NCBI GenBank assembly: GCA_017857595.1
Contig: JAFMCU010000002.1
Span: forward strand, 66,881-130,880
Direction: 5' to 3'
Origin: Thermoprotei archaeon
GTDB lineage: Archaea > Thermoproteota > Thermoprotei > Gearchaeales > Gearchaeaceae
Length of the DNA: 64,000 bases
The stretch's first letter is position 1. The number at the start of each line of letters is the position of its first letter. The notes beneath the pieces are model-generated. The model was not told the origin of the DNA. It worked only from the letters and a program-made list of their open reading frames with translations, and searched no databases. A program made the position numbers and the translations under genes. Below are positions 36,438-45,298 of this stretch, piece after piece.

Positions 36438-36654
36438 TTTTAGTATTTTATTACAAATGATCTTTGATAATCTAACGAATGAACAAATATATCTAAGTAG
36501 TTTAAATATCAAAAATAAAAAAAATTGTTGATGAAGCATAGGTATAATGTTAACTTATTTGACTTCCTCCTCAGTGAACTACTTTTAAAGTATTATTCAT
36601 TAATCGTTATATCTAAGCGGCTACCGAATATAAGGAAAATCCTTTCAGTCAAAT

Positions 36655-37704
36655 ATGAACCATAAAGCGATTACAGCTATAAACTTTATAAGCGCACTTA
36701 AGCTATCACAAATATCAAAGGAAGTTTTTTATCTTGGAATCAATGAACTTGATTCTTTAATAGGTGGTATTGAAAAAGGAAAGTTCTATCTATTCTGTGG
36801 CAATCAATTGTTTTTACGCGATTTCATTCATCGTATACTTGTAAAATTTTCAATAAAAGGTAAAATTGCATACATAAACAATACAAACTATTATTCTTCA
36901 AAGAACTTCATAGATTTTGATATCTTGGCTCTATATTCAAAGATGGAAGGTTATGAAATTACAAATTTAGCAAGAAACGTATATTTTGTAGCTGCATATA
37001 ATGAGTTAAGACAGCCTAAATCTGTTGAAGAACTTTTAAAACATATAGCTGAAGAAAAAATTAGGGTTGTTATTTTTGATGGCCTGAACAAATTCTTAGA
37101 TTCTGCGTTAAATAGGAAAGTAGCTTTCGAAAATTTGAAGCTTTCTTTTTATAAAGTTTTAAGATTTTGTATTGAAAGAAATATATCCTTAATAGTAACT
37201 TTAGAATATGAAGACTTAGAACCTCGTTTACCTCATTTTGTTTTGCACTTTTCACATGTAGCCGTATTTTTTCGTATTAAAGGCAGTAGAGTGCAGGCAT
37301 GTCTTATCAAGCATTATGCAAAAGATACAAATTATAAGACCTCAATTATCAATTTTCAGTTTCAAGAAATGGGAAGGATAACGATACCGTTTAGAGAAAA
37401 ATACCAAGCCATGTTGAATAGCTTGCAAGAAAACTTGTTACCTTTAATAAGAGATGTCGAATATAAAGAATCCTTTGAACAGCTAATTAAGGAGGTTTGG
37501 GATTACGAATACGCTGCGATGGCGAATTCAGGATTGCCTCTAGTAATAGATAACTTGAACTTAATGGCAAATTTGCATAATAAGAGTAAAATAAATTTAT
37601 TGAAAAAAATGATAGAAGAAAAAGATAAAAAAATTCACGAACTTGAAAAAAGAATAGTAAAACTCGAGGAAAAACTAAAGGAACTTACAAATGGGCACTT
37701 ATGA
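36655..37704 (+). CDS. RecA/RadA/KaiC-fold protein with degenerate Walker A and C-terminal coiled coil
   Basis: INELDSLIGGIEKGKFYLFCG matches the strand preceding the P-loop in RadA/RadB/KaiC-like ATPases. The P-loop position reads GNQLFLRD (nt 36799-36822) instead of GxxxxGK[ST]. Walker-B-like IRVVIFDG is retained. Tail is KKMIEEKDKKIHELEKRIVKLEEKLKEL. Confidence 0.55.
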   Translation: MNHKAITAINFISALKLSQISKEVFYLGINELDSLIGGIEKGKFYLFCGNQLFLRDFIHRILVKFSIKGKIAYINNTNYYSSKNFIDFDILALYSKMEGYEITNLARNVYFVAAYNELRQPKSVEELLKHIAEEKIRVVIFDGLNKFLDSALNRKVAFENLKLSFYKVLRFCIERNISLIVTLEYEDLEPRLPHFVLHFSHVAVFFRIKGSRVQACLIKHYAKDTNYKTSIINFQFQEMGRITIPFREKYQAMLNSLQENLLPLIRDVEYKESFEQLIKEVWDYEYAAMANSGLPLVIDNLNLMANLHNKSKINLLKKMIEEKDKKIHELEKRIVKLEEKLKELTNGHL

Positions 37705-39811
37705 AGGATGGCTTCTGGATGTTTATATAAAACAAAATAATACAATAATTTGGATAAAAACAATCGATGGAAAGCTAATTAGGTTAAAAGACACTTTTAT
37801 CAATTCGTTTTACATAGAGCCTAAAGATCAAGAATCATCTTTGAAATTAATTAATATACTTAATAGCATTCCTGAAATTAATTGTGTTACAAAAGTTTTC
37901 AAATTCACTTCTTTAAAGAGTAAAAGATTGTATCAGCTTTTAAAAGTTAAATTAGCTGATACACGAATTTATAGAGACCTTATAAATTCTCTTAAAAATA
38001 ATGAATATGTACGAAATCTATACAACGTAGATTTAAAATACGTTCAAAAATATCTTTTTGAAAAACTTAATGTAGAACCTACAAGTAAAGTATTGGTTGA
38101 ATGTAAGAGCGATAAACTTATAAATATTCATAAAATTGACGATGAGTATCAAATATTTCCTCCCCCTTTTTCGATAATGTTTTTCAACTTAAATTCTAAA
38201 ATATTAAAAGACAGAAATACCATTAAAAGCATTCAAGTTCTTTTTGAAAATGAAAGCTTATTGCTAGAAGGCTCAGAAGAAGAGCTTTTAGAAAATTTCA
38301 TTCAGATAGTAAATTCGAAGGATCCGGATCTGCTTTATTCTCCAAAAGCAGATAGATGTGTAAAAATTTTGGGAGAAATTGCTAAGTTGCATGGTCTAAA
38401 TTTAGAAATTGGCAGATATGGAGATCAAACAAAGGCTTATGACCAAGGTTCTTTTGGTGGTCGAATATTGCTTGGGAATACATTCTATGGATTTAACGCA
38501 AATAGGTTTGGTGTAGCAGGAATCATAGAGAGGACTAGATTTTCATTTGTGCCGATAGGTCTAGCTACGAGATGGCTGAGCAACAAAAGTATTGATTCAA
38601 GGAATTGTTATGAGCTTATTCGTAGAGGTTATGTTATACCTAAAGAAGAATACTTCGAACCTATAAGGGATCTAGCAGAGTTGACTTGGAGAGACAGAGG
38701 CGGTGTTACTTTCTCACCTGAAACTGGAAGAATTCACATGAATGTCGCGGCTATAGATTTTGATTCACAGTATCCTAGCATAATTCTTAAAAATAGGTTG
38801 AGCTATGAAGACATTAACTATTCTGATTCATTTAAATTAATGCCCTATATTATTCAGCCTTGGCTTGAAAGAAGGCTTAGGTTAAAAAAGCTTATTAAAA
38901 ATTTAAAAGGTGATGAAAAGCTTTATTGCGAGGAGAGATTGAATGCTTTAAAGCTAATTTTGGTAACATTTTATGGAATTTCGGGTTGCTGCTGGAATAG
39001 ATTTGGAAATGTGGCTACTTTTGAAGAAATTAATCGTATTTCTAGAAATATCATGTATAAAGCCAAAAAAATAGCTGAAAATAAAGGATTTAGGATAATA
39101 TATGGTGATGTTGACTCTCTATTTGTAACTAAAAAAGATGCTTCTATAGAAGATTATGAAATGCTTGTGGAATATATTAGATCGAGTATAGGCTTATCTG
39201 TTTCAATTGATAAGCATTTTAAGTTTATCGTTTTTCTACAACTCAAGAATAGTTCAATTTCTGCATTAAAAAGGTATTATGGAATAACATATGAAGGAGA
39301 TGTTGAAGCTAGGGGAATAGAATTAAGAAGAATCGACACGCCTTTGTTTATCAGGGATTTTCAAATGCAACTTATAAAGGAAATATTCAGTTTCAATAAT
39401 GTAGATGAAATATACCGATATGGCGTTTATAAAGGTATAGAGGTTGTTAAGGAGGCCTTAAGTAAACTCAATAAAAGTGATTTCTCTATAGAAAACTTAG
39501 CAATTAGTAAAAGGTTAAGAAAAAATCCAAAAGAGTATAAAGTTAATGTAGCTCATAAAATTGCTGCGTTACAATTAAAAAATTATAATAAAGAAGTAGA
39601 AGAAGGAGATTTAGTTTATTATATTTATAAGAACAATAAAGGTATTAATAGGGTCTCTGCCTACGAAACATTTAAAGGGGCATACTCACTTGAAGAGTAC
39701 ACCAGACTTTTGATCTCAAGTGCCGAAACTATTTATAGAAGCATAGGCATTAATTTACAACAGCTTATTAAAAGTTATAATAATTACAATTTAACCGCAT
39801 GGTCTATTTAA
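37691..39811 (+). CDS. Family B DNA polymerase, short form lacking recognisable 3'-5' exonuclease motifs (PolB2/Dpo2-like or divergent PolB3)
   Basis: Motif A DFDSQYPS (38756-38779), motif B-like KLILVTFYG, motif C YGDVDS (39101-39118), KRYY and GIELRRID are present. The Exo I position reads FFNLN (38180-38194) instead of FDIE, and Exo II is not recognisable. 14-nt overlap with the upstream gene. Confidence 0.85.
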   Translation: MGTYEGWLLDVYIKQNNTIIWIKTIDGKLIRLKDTFINSFYIEPKDQESSLKLINILNSIPEINCVTKVFKFTSLKSKRLYQLLKVKLADTRIYRDLINSLKNNEYVRNLYNVDLKYVQKYLFEKLNVEPTSKVLVECKSDKLINIHKIDDEYQIFPPPFSIMFFNLNSKILKDRNTIKSIQVLFENESLLLEGSEEELLENFIQIVNSKDPDLLYSPKADRCVKILGEIAKLHGLNLEIGRYGDQTKAYDQGSFGGRILLGNTFYGFNANRFGVAGIIERTRFSFVPIGLATRWLSNKSIDSRNCYELIRRGYVIPKEEYFEPIRDLAELTWRDRGGVTFSPETGRIHMNVAAIDFDSQYPSIILKNRLSYEDINYSDSFKLMPYIIQPWLERRLRLKKLIKNLKGDEKLYCEERLNALKLILVTFYGISGCCWNRFGNVATFEEINRISRNIMYKAKKIAENKGFRIIYGDVDSLFVTKKDASIEDYEMLVEYIRSSIGLSVSIDKHFKFIVFLQLKNSSISALKRYYGITYEGDVEARGIELRRIDTPLFIRDFQMQLIKEIFSFNNVDEIYRYGVYKGIEVVKEALSKLNKSDFSIENLAISKRLRKNPKEYKVNVAHKIAALQLKNYNKEVEEGDLVYYIYKNNKGINRVSAYETFKGAYSLEEYTRLLISSAETIYRSIGINLQQLIKSYNNYNLTAWSI

Positions 39812-41018
39812 TTTCTCTAGCTATAACGTCCCAAATCTTTTTTGCAATTTGATCTTTTCTCGCCTTCTCAATTTTTTCCATTTTATTATTATATGCTATT
39901 GTAACTTCATTAAAGTCACTTTCGAATCCTATATCGTTTCTAGACACATCATTGAAAATTATATAATCGACAAAATCATATTCGCTAATTATTTCTTTTA
40001 TTCTATATTCATTTAGTCCGTATTCGGCCTTAAACGCAATAACTTTTGTCTGAGGCGATATTTCCTTCACGTATCTTATGATTTTAGGCGTAGTTTCCAG
40101 TTCTAAGCTAATTTTATTTACTTTTGAAGTTTCAATTTTACCTTTGTATCTATTAGATGGTTTATAATCTGTAATTCCTGCAGCTGATACAAAGAAATCA
40201 ACATTTCTCTTAGAAAATATTTTGTTAATTTCCTTTATCATATCTTCAGATGTGACGCAATGTAATGCTTCAATCTCGTAAGGGATTTCTCCTTTTATAT
40301 CTCCAAAAAGTAATGTAACATTTGCTCCTCGAACTTTAGCTTCTAAAGCTAATGCGTTTCCCATTTTACCTGTTGAAGGATTCGTTATAAATCTTATAGC
40401 GTCAATATACTCTCTTGTAGAACCAGTCGTGATCACAACTTCTTTACCCTTTAAATCCTTTGGTGTTAATATATCCAAGACCTTATAATATACATAATCT
40501 TCAGTTGCAATTTTTGCTTTGCCTTCTTCTATACGAGGTTCAATGAAATGTACTCCCCAACTCTTTAACTTTTTTATATTCTCAATCAATATAGGATTTC
40601 TATACATTGGCTCATGCATAGCAGGAGCTATTAATAGCGGTATGCCTTTTCCTAAAGCGATTGATGCTATTAGTGTGACATTCGTATCAGATATACCATT
40701 AGCAATTTTACTAATTGTATTCGCAGTTGAAGGTGCTATTAGTATCATATCAACTCTATATCGTTCAAAAACTTTGACATGCTCAACTTCACCTGTAATC
40801 TTTGTAATAACCTTATTTCCTGTTGCATATTCCATGAGATCAGGAGAGATTAGATGAATTGCATCTTCGCTCATGACAGGTATAACATTTGCTCCATATC
40901 TTACTAAATATCTTGAAATATCAATTGCTTTATAAACAGAAACACTTCCTGTTAAGCAATGTACTATGTTTTTATCATATAAAGTATTTCCTAAACTACA
41001 TTTAATATCCGAAGACAC
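39804..41018 (-). CDS. coaBC: Bifunctional phosphopantothenoylcysteine decarboxylase / phosphopantothenate--cysteine ligase
   Basis: N-terminal flavoprotein domain (LTGSVSVYKAIDISRYL...PVMSE; APSTANTISKIANGISD) and C-terminal DFP ligase domain (ITTGSTREYIDAIRFITNPSTGKMG). Confidence 0.9.
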   Translation of the reverse strand: MSSDIKCSLGNTLYDKNIVHCLTGSVSVYKAIDISRYLVRYGANVIPVMSEDAIHLISPDLMEYATGNKVITKITGEVEHVKVFERYRVDMILIAPSTANTISKIANGISDTNVTLIASIALGKGIPLLIAPAMHEPMYRNPILIENIKKLKSWGVHFIEPRIEEGKAKIATEDYVYYKVLDILTPKDLKGKEVVITTGSTREYIDAIRFITNPSTGKMGNALALEAKVRGANVTLLFGDIKGEIPYEIEALHCVTSEDMIKEINKIFSKRNVDFFVSAAGITDYKPSNRYKGKIETSKVNKISLELETTPKIIRYVKEISPQTKVIAFKAEYGLNEYRIKEIISEYDFVDYIIFNDVSRNDIGFESDFNEVTIAYNNKMEKIEKARKDQIAKKIWDVIAREIK

Positions 41019-41079
41019 TTTATATGAAATATTTCATTCTGATAATAGATATAGTTTGTATTTAAATTGGATAAAGTTT

Positions 41080-41114
41080 ATATTATAAACTATTTATTCA
41101 TATTATAAACTATT
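41080..41114. repeat. 15-nt direct repeat ATATTATAAACTATT x2 (period 20 nt) abutting the hppA start codon
   Basis: Identical copies at 41080-41094 and 41100-41114. The second copy ends 1 nt before ATG 41115. Confidence 0.6.
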
Positions 41115-43226
41115 ATGTCGATTTATGATATTGCGTGGATTTCGGCTATAATAGCATTAGTATACTCATTGATACAAATATTTTTACTTTTGAAGGTTGA
41201 TCCAGGAACAGCAAAAATGAAGGAAATTGCAAATGCAGTCAGGATAGGAGCTGATGCGTTTTTAAAGAGAGAATATACTGTGCTGTTGCCAATTGGCATA
41301 GCGTTAACAATACTAATCTATTTTTTAGTATCACCAATAGCTGCTGAAGGTTTCGTCGTTGGTGCTTTGTTTTCTGCACTAGCAGGTTATATAGGAATGA
41401 ATACAACAGTAAGAACTAGTTCAAGAGTTGCTAATATAGCAAAAAAAGGAATGGGTCCTGCCTTAAGTTTAGCATTTAGAGGAGGAAGTGTTATGGGTTT
41501 TTCTGTAGCAGGCTTAGCATTACTTGCGTTATCAATATTTGTATTTATTTACAATAATTTAATTTTACAACAACCTGCACTCATAGCTGGATTAGGATTT
41601 GGAGCAAGTTTAATAGCTATGTTCATGAGAGTAGGTGGAGGAATATACACAAAGGCGGCCGACCTTGGTGCAGATATTGTTGGTAAGGTTGAAGTGGGTA
41701 TACCTGAAGATGATCCGAGGAATCCCGCAGTAATTGCAGATAATGTTGGAGATAATGTAGGTGATTGTGCAGGTATGGGAGCAGATGTTTATGAATCGTA
41801 TGTTGTAATTGGAATAGCTGCAATCATATTAGGTGTTTTAGCTGTTCAATTATCAGGCAATAGTCTGATAGCAAGCTTATCTTACAACTTAATATTCTTT
41901 CCATTATTAATTGGAGCTTCTGGAATTATTTCTTCAATAATTGCGTCATTCATAGTAAATTCAAAATTAGGAAATAAATTACAACCTATGCGCGTTTTAG
42001 ATTTAGCATTTATTGTTGCAGCGATTTTAGCGATATTAATAAACTTTTTCCTTACTTATTCTTTATTTCCATCAAATATAGCATTAAGTATTTTCGTTTC
42101 TACAATTTTAGGTGTAATTGTTGTTGTATTAATAGAAAGGATTGTGGATTACTTTACTTCTTATAATTATGGTCCAACAAAATTTGTTGCTGAAGCTTCA
42201 AGAACCAGCGCTGCTACAAATTTCTTAGCAGGTTTTTCAGTGGGTTTAAGCAGCACTGCTCCTGCTGCTGTATTAATCGTAGCTGCTATCATTATTAGTT
42301 ACTTTTTAGGATATAATTCAACAGGCAGTTATATATTTGGTGTTTATTCAACAGCTATTGCAACAATGGCCATGCTTTCTCTAACTGCAATGATCATTTC
42401 AATAGATTCGTTTGGTCCAATAACAGATAATGCAAATGGCATTGTCGAAATGAGCGGATTAGGAGAAGATGTTAGAGTTGTGACCGATAAATTGGATGCA
42501 ATAGGCAATACTGTTAAAGCTACAACGAAGGGATTTGCTATTGCTAGCGCTGCTCTTTCAGCATTAGCATTATTCCAAGCTTTTCAATCAGAAGTTATGG
42601 TGAGAGCTTCTCAAATACCAAGGTATTTACAAGCTTATCCAAATGGTTCGATTCAATATATTCTATCAGATCCAAGAGTTTTAGTTGGATTATTAATTGG
42701 AGGTTTATTACCGTTCTTTTTCAGTTCATTTTTGATTAATGCTGTTGGAAAGACTGCTTATAAATTGGTATTAGAAGTAAGAAGACAATTCCAAGAAATT
42801 CCTGGCATCTTAAATGGTGCAGCAAAACCAGATTATGGGAGATGCATAAGCATGGTAACTTCAGCTTCTTTGAAAGAGCTTATTGCCCCAGGTCTTTTAG
42901 CAATTCTTACACCACTCATCGTCGGTTTCATATTAGGGCCTATATCTTTAGGAGGATTGTTAATCGGTAGTGTAGTAAGCGGAGTTTTTCTTGCACTTTT
43001 AATGGCAAATGCTGGAGCTGCATGGGATAATGCGAAGAAATATATTGAATTGGGTAACCTAGGTGGAAAGGGAAGTGATGTACATAAAGCCGCTGTGATG
43101 GGTGATACAGTAGGTGATCCATTTAAAGATACAGCAGGACCTTCTTTAAATTCATTAATTAAAGTATTAAATACCATTTCGATTGTCTTTCTAGGTGTAA
43201 TTATGGTATATGCGCTCTTAATTTAA
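41115..43226 (+). CDS. hppA: Membrane-bound proton-translocating pyrophosphatase, K+-independent signature
   Basis: GGGIYTKAADLGADIVGKVE, DNVGDNVGDCAGMGADVYESY, GNTVKATTKGFAI, DTVGDPFKDTAGPSLN: canonical M-PPase motifs over about 16 TM helices. Confidence 0.95.
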   Translation: MSIYDIAWISAIIALVYSLIQIFLLLKVDPGTAKMKEIANAVRIGADAFLKREYTVLLPIGIALTILIYFLVSPIAAEGFVVGALFSALAGYIGMNTTVRTSSRVANIAKKGMGPALSLAFRGGSVMGFSVAGLALLALSIFVFIYNNLILQQPALIAGLGFGASLIAMFMRVGGGIYTKAADLGADIVGKVEVGIPEDDPRNPAVIADNVGDNVGDCAGMGADVYESYVVIGIAAIILGVLAVQLSGNSLIASLSYNLIFFPLLIGASGIISSIIASFIVNSKLGNKLQPMRVLDLAFIVAAILAILINFFLTYSLFPSNIALSIFVSTILGVIVVVLIERIVDYFTSYNYGPTKFVAEASRTSAATNFLAGFSVGLSSTAPAAVLIVAAIIISYFLGYNSTGSYIFGVYSTAIATMAMLSLTAMIISIDSFGPITDNANGIVEMSGLGEDVRVVTDKLDAIGNTVKATTKGFAIASAALSALALFQAFQSEVMVRASQIPRYLQAYPNGSIQYILSDPRVLVGLLIGGLLPFFFSSFLINAVGKTAYKLVLEVRRQFQEIPGILNGAAKPDYGRCISMVTSASLKELIAPGLLAILTPLIVGFILGPISLGGLLIGSVVSGVFLALLMANAGAAWDNAKKYIELGNLGGKGSDVHKAAVMGDTVGDPFKDTAGPSLNSLIKVLNTISIVFLGVIMVYALLI

Positions 43227-43912
43227 TACACTTTTACTTCTTTTTCATAACCTACAATAATTTTTGTTATGTTTTGATAAAATATACCATTTTCTATAAC
43301 ACCGCATATGCTGTTAATCTGATTAGATAATTCAAGGGGGTCATCAATTTCACCAAAATATGCATCTATAATATAATTTCCATTATCTGTAATTATAGGG
43401 CCATCTTTAATTCTTCCACCATATCGTATTTCTGCTTTTTTGCATATCTTTTGAATTTTTTTAAAAACTGGATTGATAGCATATGGTAATACTTCAATTG
43501 CAACACTAGACTTTTCTCCTATTTTCTTTGAATATTTTGAATCATCAACAATGATTATGTATTTTTTTGAAAAATATGATAGTATTTTCTCTCTAAATAG
43601 AGCTCCACCCCTTCCTTTTAATACATATTTTCTTTCATCTACTTCATCTGCACCGTCGAAAGTAATATCTATTTCATCGATCGTATCTAAGCTAGCGGGT
43701 TTTATTCCTAAATTTATTAGTTTAAAGTATGTTTGTGTTGAAGCAGGAATGAAGGAAACATCAAGATTCTCAATCCTAAGCATTTTACTTATTTCTTCAA
43801 TTAACATCTCAATTGTGCTACCAGAACCTAATCCAATTACTTTATTTGACTTTAGTAAATTCAAGGAATATTTTACGGCATTCAGTTTTGGTAAATTTAT
43901 TGATTTTTCCAC
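43223..43912 (-). CDS. rpiA: Ribose-5-phosphate isomerase A
   Basis: IGLGSGSTIEMLIE, FDGADEVD, KGRGGALFREKI: RpiA motifs. Confidence 0.9.
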   Translation of the reverse strand: MEKSINLPKLNAVKYSLNLLKSNKVIGLGSGSTIEMLIEEISKMLRIENLDVSFIPASTQTYFKLINLGIKPASLDTIDEIDITFDGADEVDERKYVLKGRGGALFREKILSYFSKKYIIIVDDSKYSKKIGEKSSVAIEVLPYAINPVFKKIQKICKKAEIRYGGRIKDGPIITDNGNYIIDAYFGEIDDPLELSNQINSICGVIENGIFYQNITKIIVGYEKEVKVY

Positions 43913-43956
43913 TCAATGATATAAAGATTTAGAACTTTAAATAATTTCATAATTGA

Positions 43957-44499
43957 ATGAAAGAACTTTATGTAATCTCAGGAGGTCCTTGTGCAGGTAA
44001 AACAACATTAGTTAATCATTTAAAGAAGTTAGGATTTTTCACAGCAAATGAAGCTGCCCGAATAGCAATCGAAAGGGGTTTATTTAACAAGGATGACTTT
44101 ATTAATAAAAATAAAAGGAGAGAATTACAAAATTTAATTTTAAAAATACAGCTAGAATTGGAAAATGACATTCCTGACAATACGATTGCTTTTTTAGATA
44201 GAAGCGCGATTGATGGCATAGCTTATTTTTGGTCCGTAGATTTAGAGCCGAGTAAAGATTATATTGAAATATGTAAAAGTAGAAATTATAAAGCGATTTT
44301 CATATTAGAGCAAATTGAAAACTATGTAGTCGATGATATAAGATATGAAACTTATGAAGAGGGTAGAGAAATTCATAAACTTATAATAAAGGCATATGAA
44401 TATTTTGGATATATTCCTTATTTTATTCCTAGTATGAGTGTAGAAGAAAGGGCAAATCTTGTATTAAATATTGTTAGAAAAGTAAGTAAATTATTGTAA
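43957..44499 (+). CDS. Small P-loop NTPase (AAA_28 / NadR-kinase-like)
   Basis: YVISGGPCAGKTTLV Walker A followed by EAAR, and DRSAIDG (Walker B-like). 180 aa. Confidence 0.6.
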   Translation: MKELYVISGGPCAGKTTLVNHLKKLGFFTANEAARIAIERGLFNKDDFINKNKRRELQNLILKIQLELENDIPDNTIAFLDRSAIDGIAYFWSVDLEPSKDYIEICKSRNYKAIFILEQIENYVVDDIRYETYEEGREIHKLIIKAYEYFGYIPYFIPSMSVEERANLVLNIVRKVSKLL

Positions 44500-44563
44500 A
44501 AAATTATTATATTAATATTTTATCACACATGCTTTTATATATGGACAAGTAAGTTAGAACAAA

Positions 44564-45298
44564 TTGCGCATTCATTATGAATTAGATATTTCTACCAAGA
44601 GAGAAAAGATTGTAAATCAAATTATGCTACTTTCTAATGTAGTTGATAAATTTAATGTCCCTGACAACCCTATGGGTCATGTAAAAGCTAATTCGTTAGC
44701 TGTTTCTATTTTATTAAAACAACTAGGTCTCGAACCGGTAATGCATTTAAGAGTAATTGATAGGAATTTGCTAGCACTTAAATCTGAAATCTACGGTGCA
44801 AAGTTATTCAATATAAAGGAGGTTTTATTAGTAAAAGGTGATTTACCAGAAAAGGATAAATTAGAAATTTTTAATGATTCAAAATTAGAAAACGTTTTAG
44901 AATACTTGAAATCTGATGATAAAATCCAAGATATTAAGTTAGGTTTACCATTAACAAATTATAAACTACTAACGAATTTAACTTTAAGAAGGGTGGAATC
45001 TAAGGCTGACTTTTTTGTAACAACTCAAGTTTCAAGCATTAAAGAAATAAATGAAGGAATAATAAAGACTGTAAGAAAAAATAATAAGGAATTACATTGT
45101 TATTATGTTGTTGCAACTGATAAAAATAAAGATCTTTTATATAAATTTGGTTTAATAAGAAATAATAAGTTGCTTTCTTTTGATGAATACTTAAGCATGT
45201 TTGAAGATTTTGAGAACTATTTAGACGCTTTAATATTGTCTTCTCCGTTGGACGTAGAATACTTGTATAAATTATTAATCAAATATAGAAAAAGATGA
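44564..45298 (+). CDS. Methylenetetrahydrofolate reductase-like (MetF-like) protein, short form
   Basis: FNVPDNPMGHVKANSLAVSILLKQLGLEPVMHLRVIDRN...LLVKGD resembles the MTHFR TIM-barrel N-terminal half. TTG start is uncertain. Confidence 0.55.
   Translation: MRIHYELDISTKREKIVNQIMLLSNVVDKFNVPDNPMGHVKANSLAVSILLKQLGLEPVMHLRVIDRNLLALKSEIYGAKLFNIKEVLLVKGDLPEKDKLEIFNDSKLENVLEYLKSDDKIQDIKLGLPLTNYKLLTNLTLRRVESKADFFVTTQVSSIKEINEGIIKTVRKNNKELHCYYVVATDKNKDLLYKFGLIRNNKLLSFDEYLSMFEDFENYLDALILSSPLDVEYLYKLLIKYRKR

Noticed and set aside
36520-36600. Possible C/D-box sRNA in the spacer upstream of the RecA-like gene (contains TGATGA at about 36529-36534)
   Set aside because: No CUGA D box at the required ~50-60 nt distance, no D'/C' pair with ~12-nt guide spacing, no terminal stem, and the region is not GC-enriched like the other RNA genes here.
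36531-36665. 44-codon upstream ORF (MKHRYNVNLFDFLLSELLLKYYSLIVISKRLPNIRKILSVKYEP) overlapping the start of the RecA-like gene
   Set aside because: Short, with no motif and no way to assess conservation from sequence alone. Such ORFs are common in AT-rich spacers. Not reported as a gene.
36655-39811. Idea that the PolB gene marks a casposon, provirus or plasmid-derived element
   Set aside because: No Cas1, integrase, terminal inverted repeats, capsid or packaging genes, nor a flanking tRNA target. The neighbours are the pst operon and coaBC, so it is probably a chromosomal paralogue.
43473-43919. 148-aa ORF antisense to rpiA. Similar shadow ORFs occur at 40519-40857 (antisense coaBC), 42833-43177 and 41623-41823 (antisense hppA), 27306-27656 (antisense DUF72), and 61346-61603 / 61688-62002 (antisense gcvT)
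   Set aside because: All are fully embedded opposite strongly supported genes, have low-complexity Ile/Phe/Ser/Leu-rich translations and no recognisable motifs. They are typical shadow ORFs.
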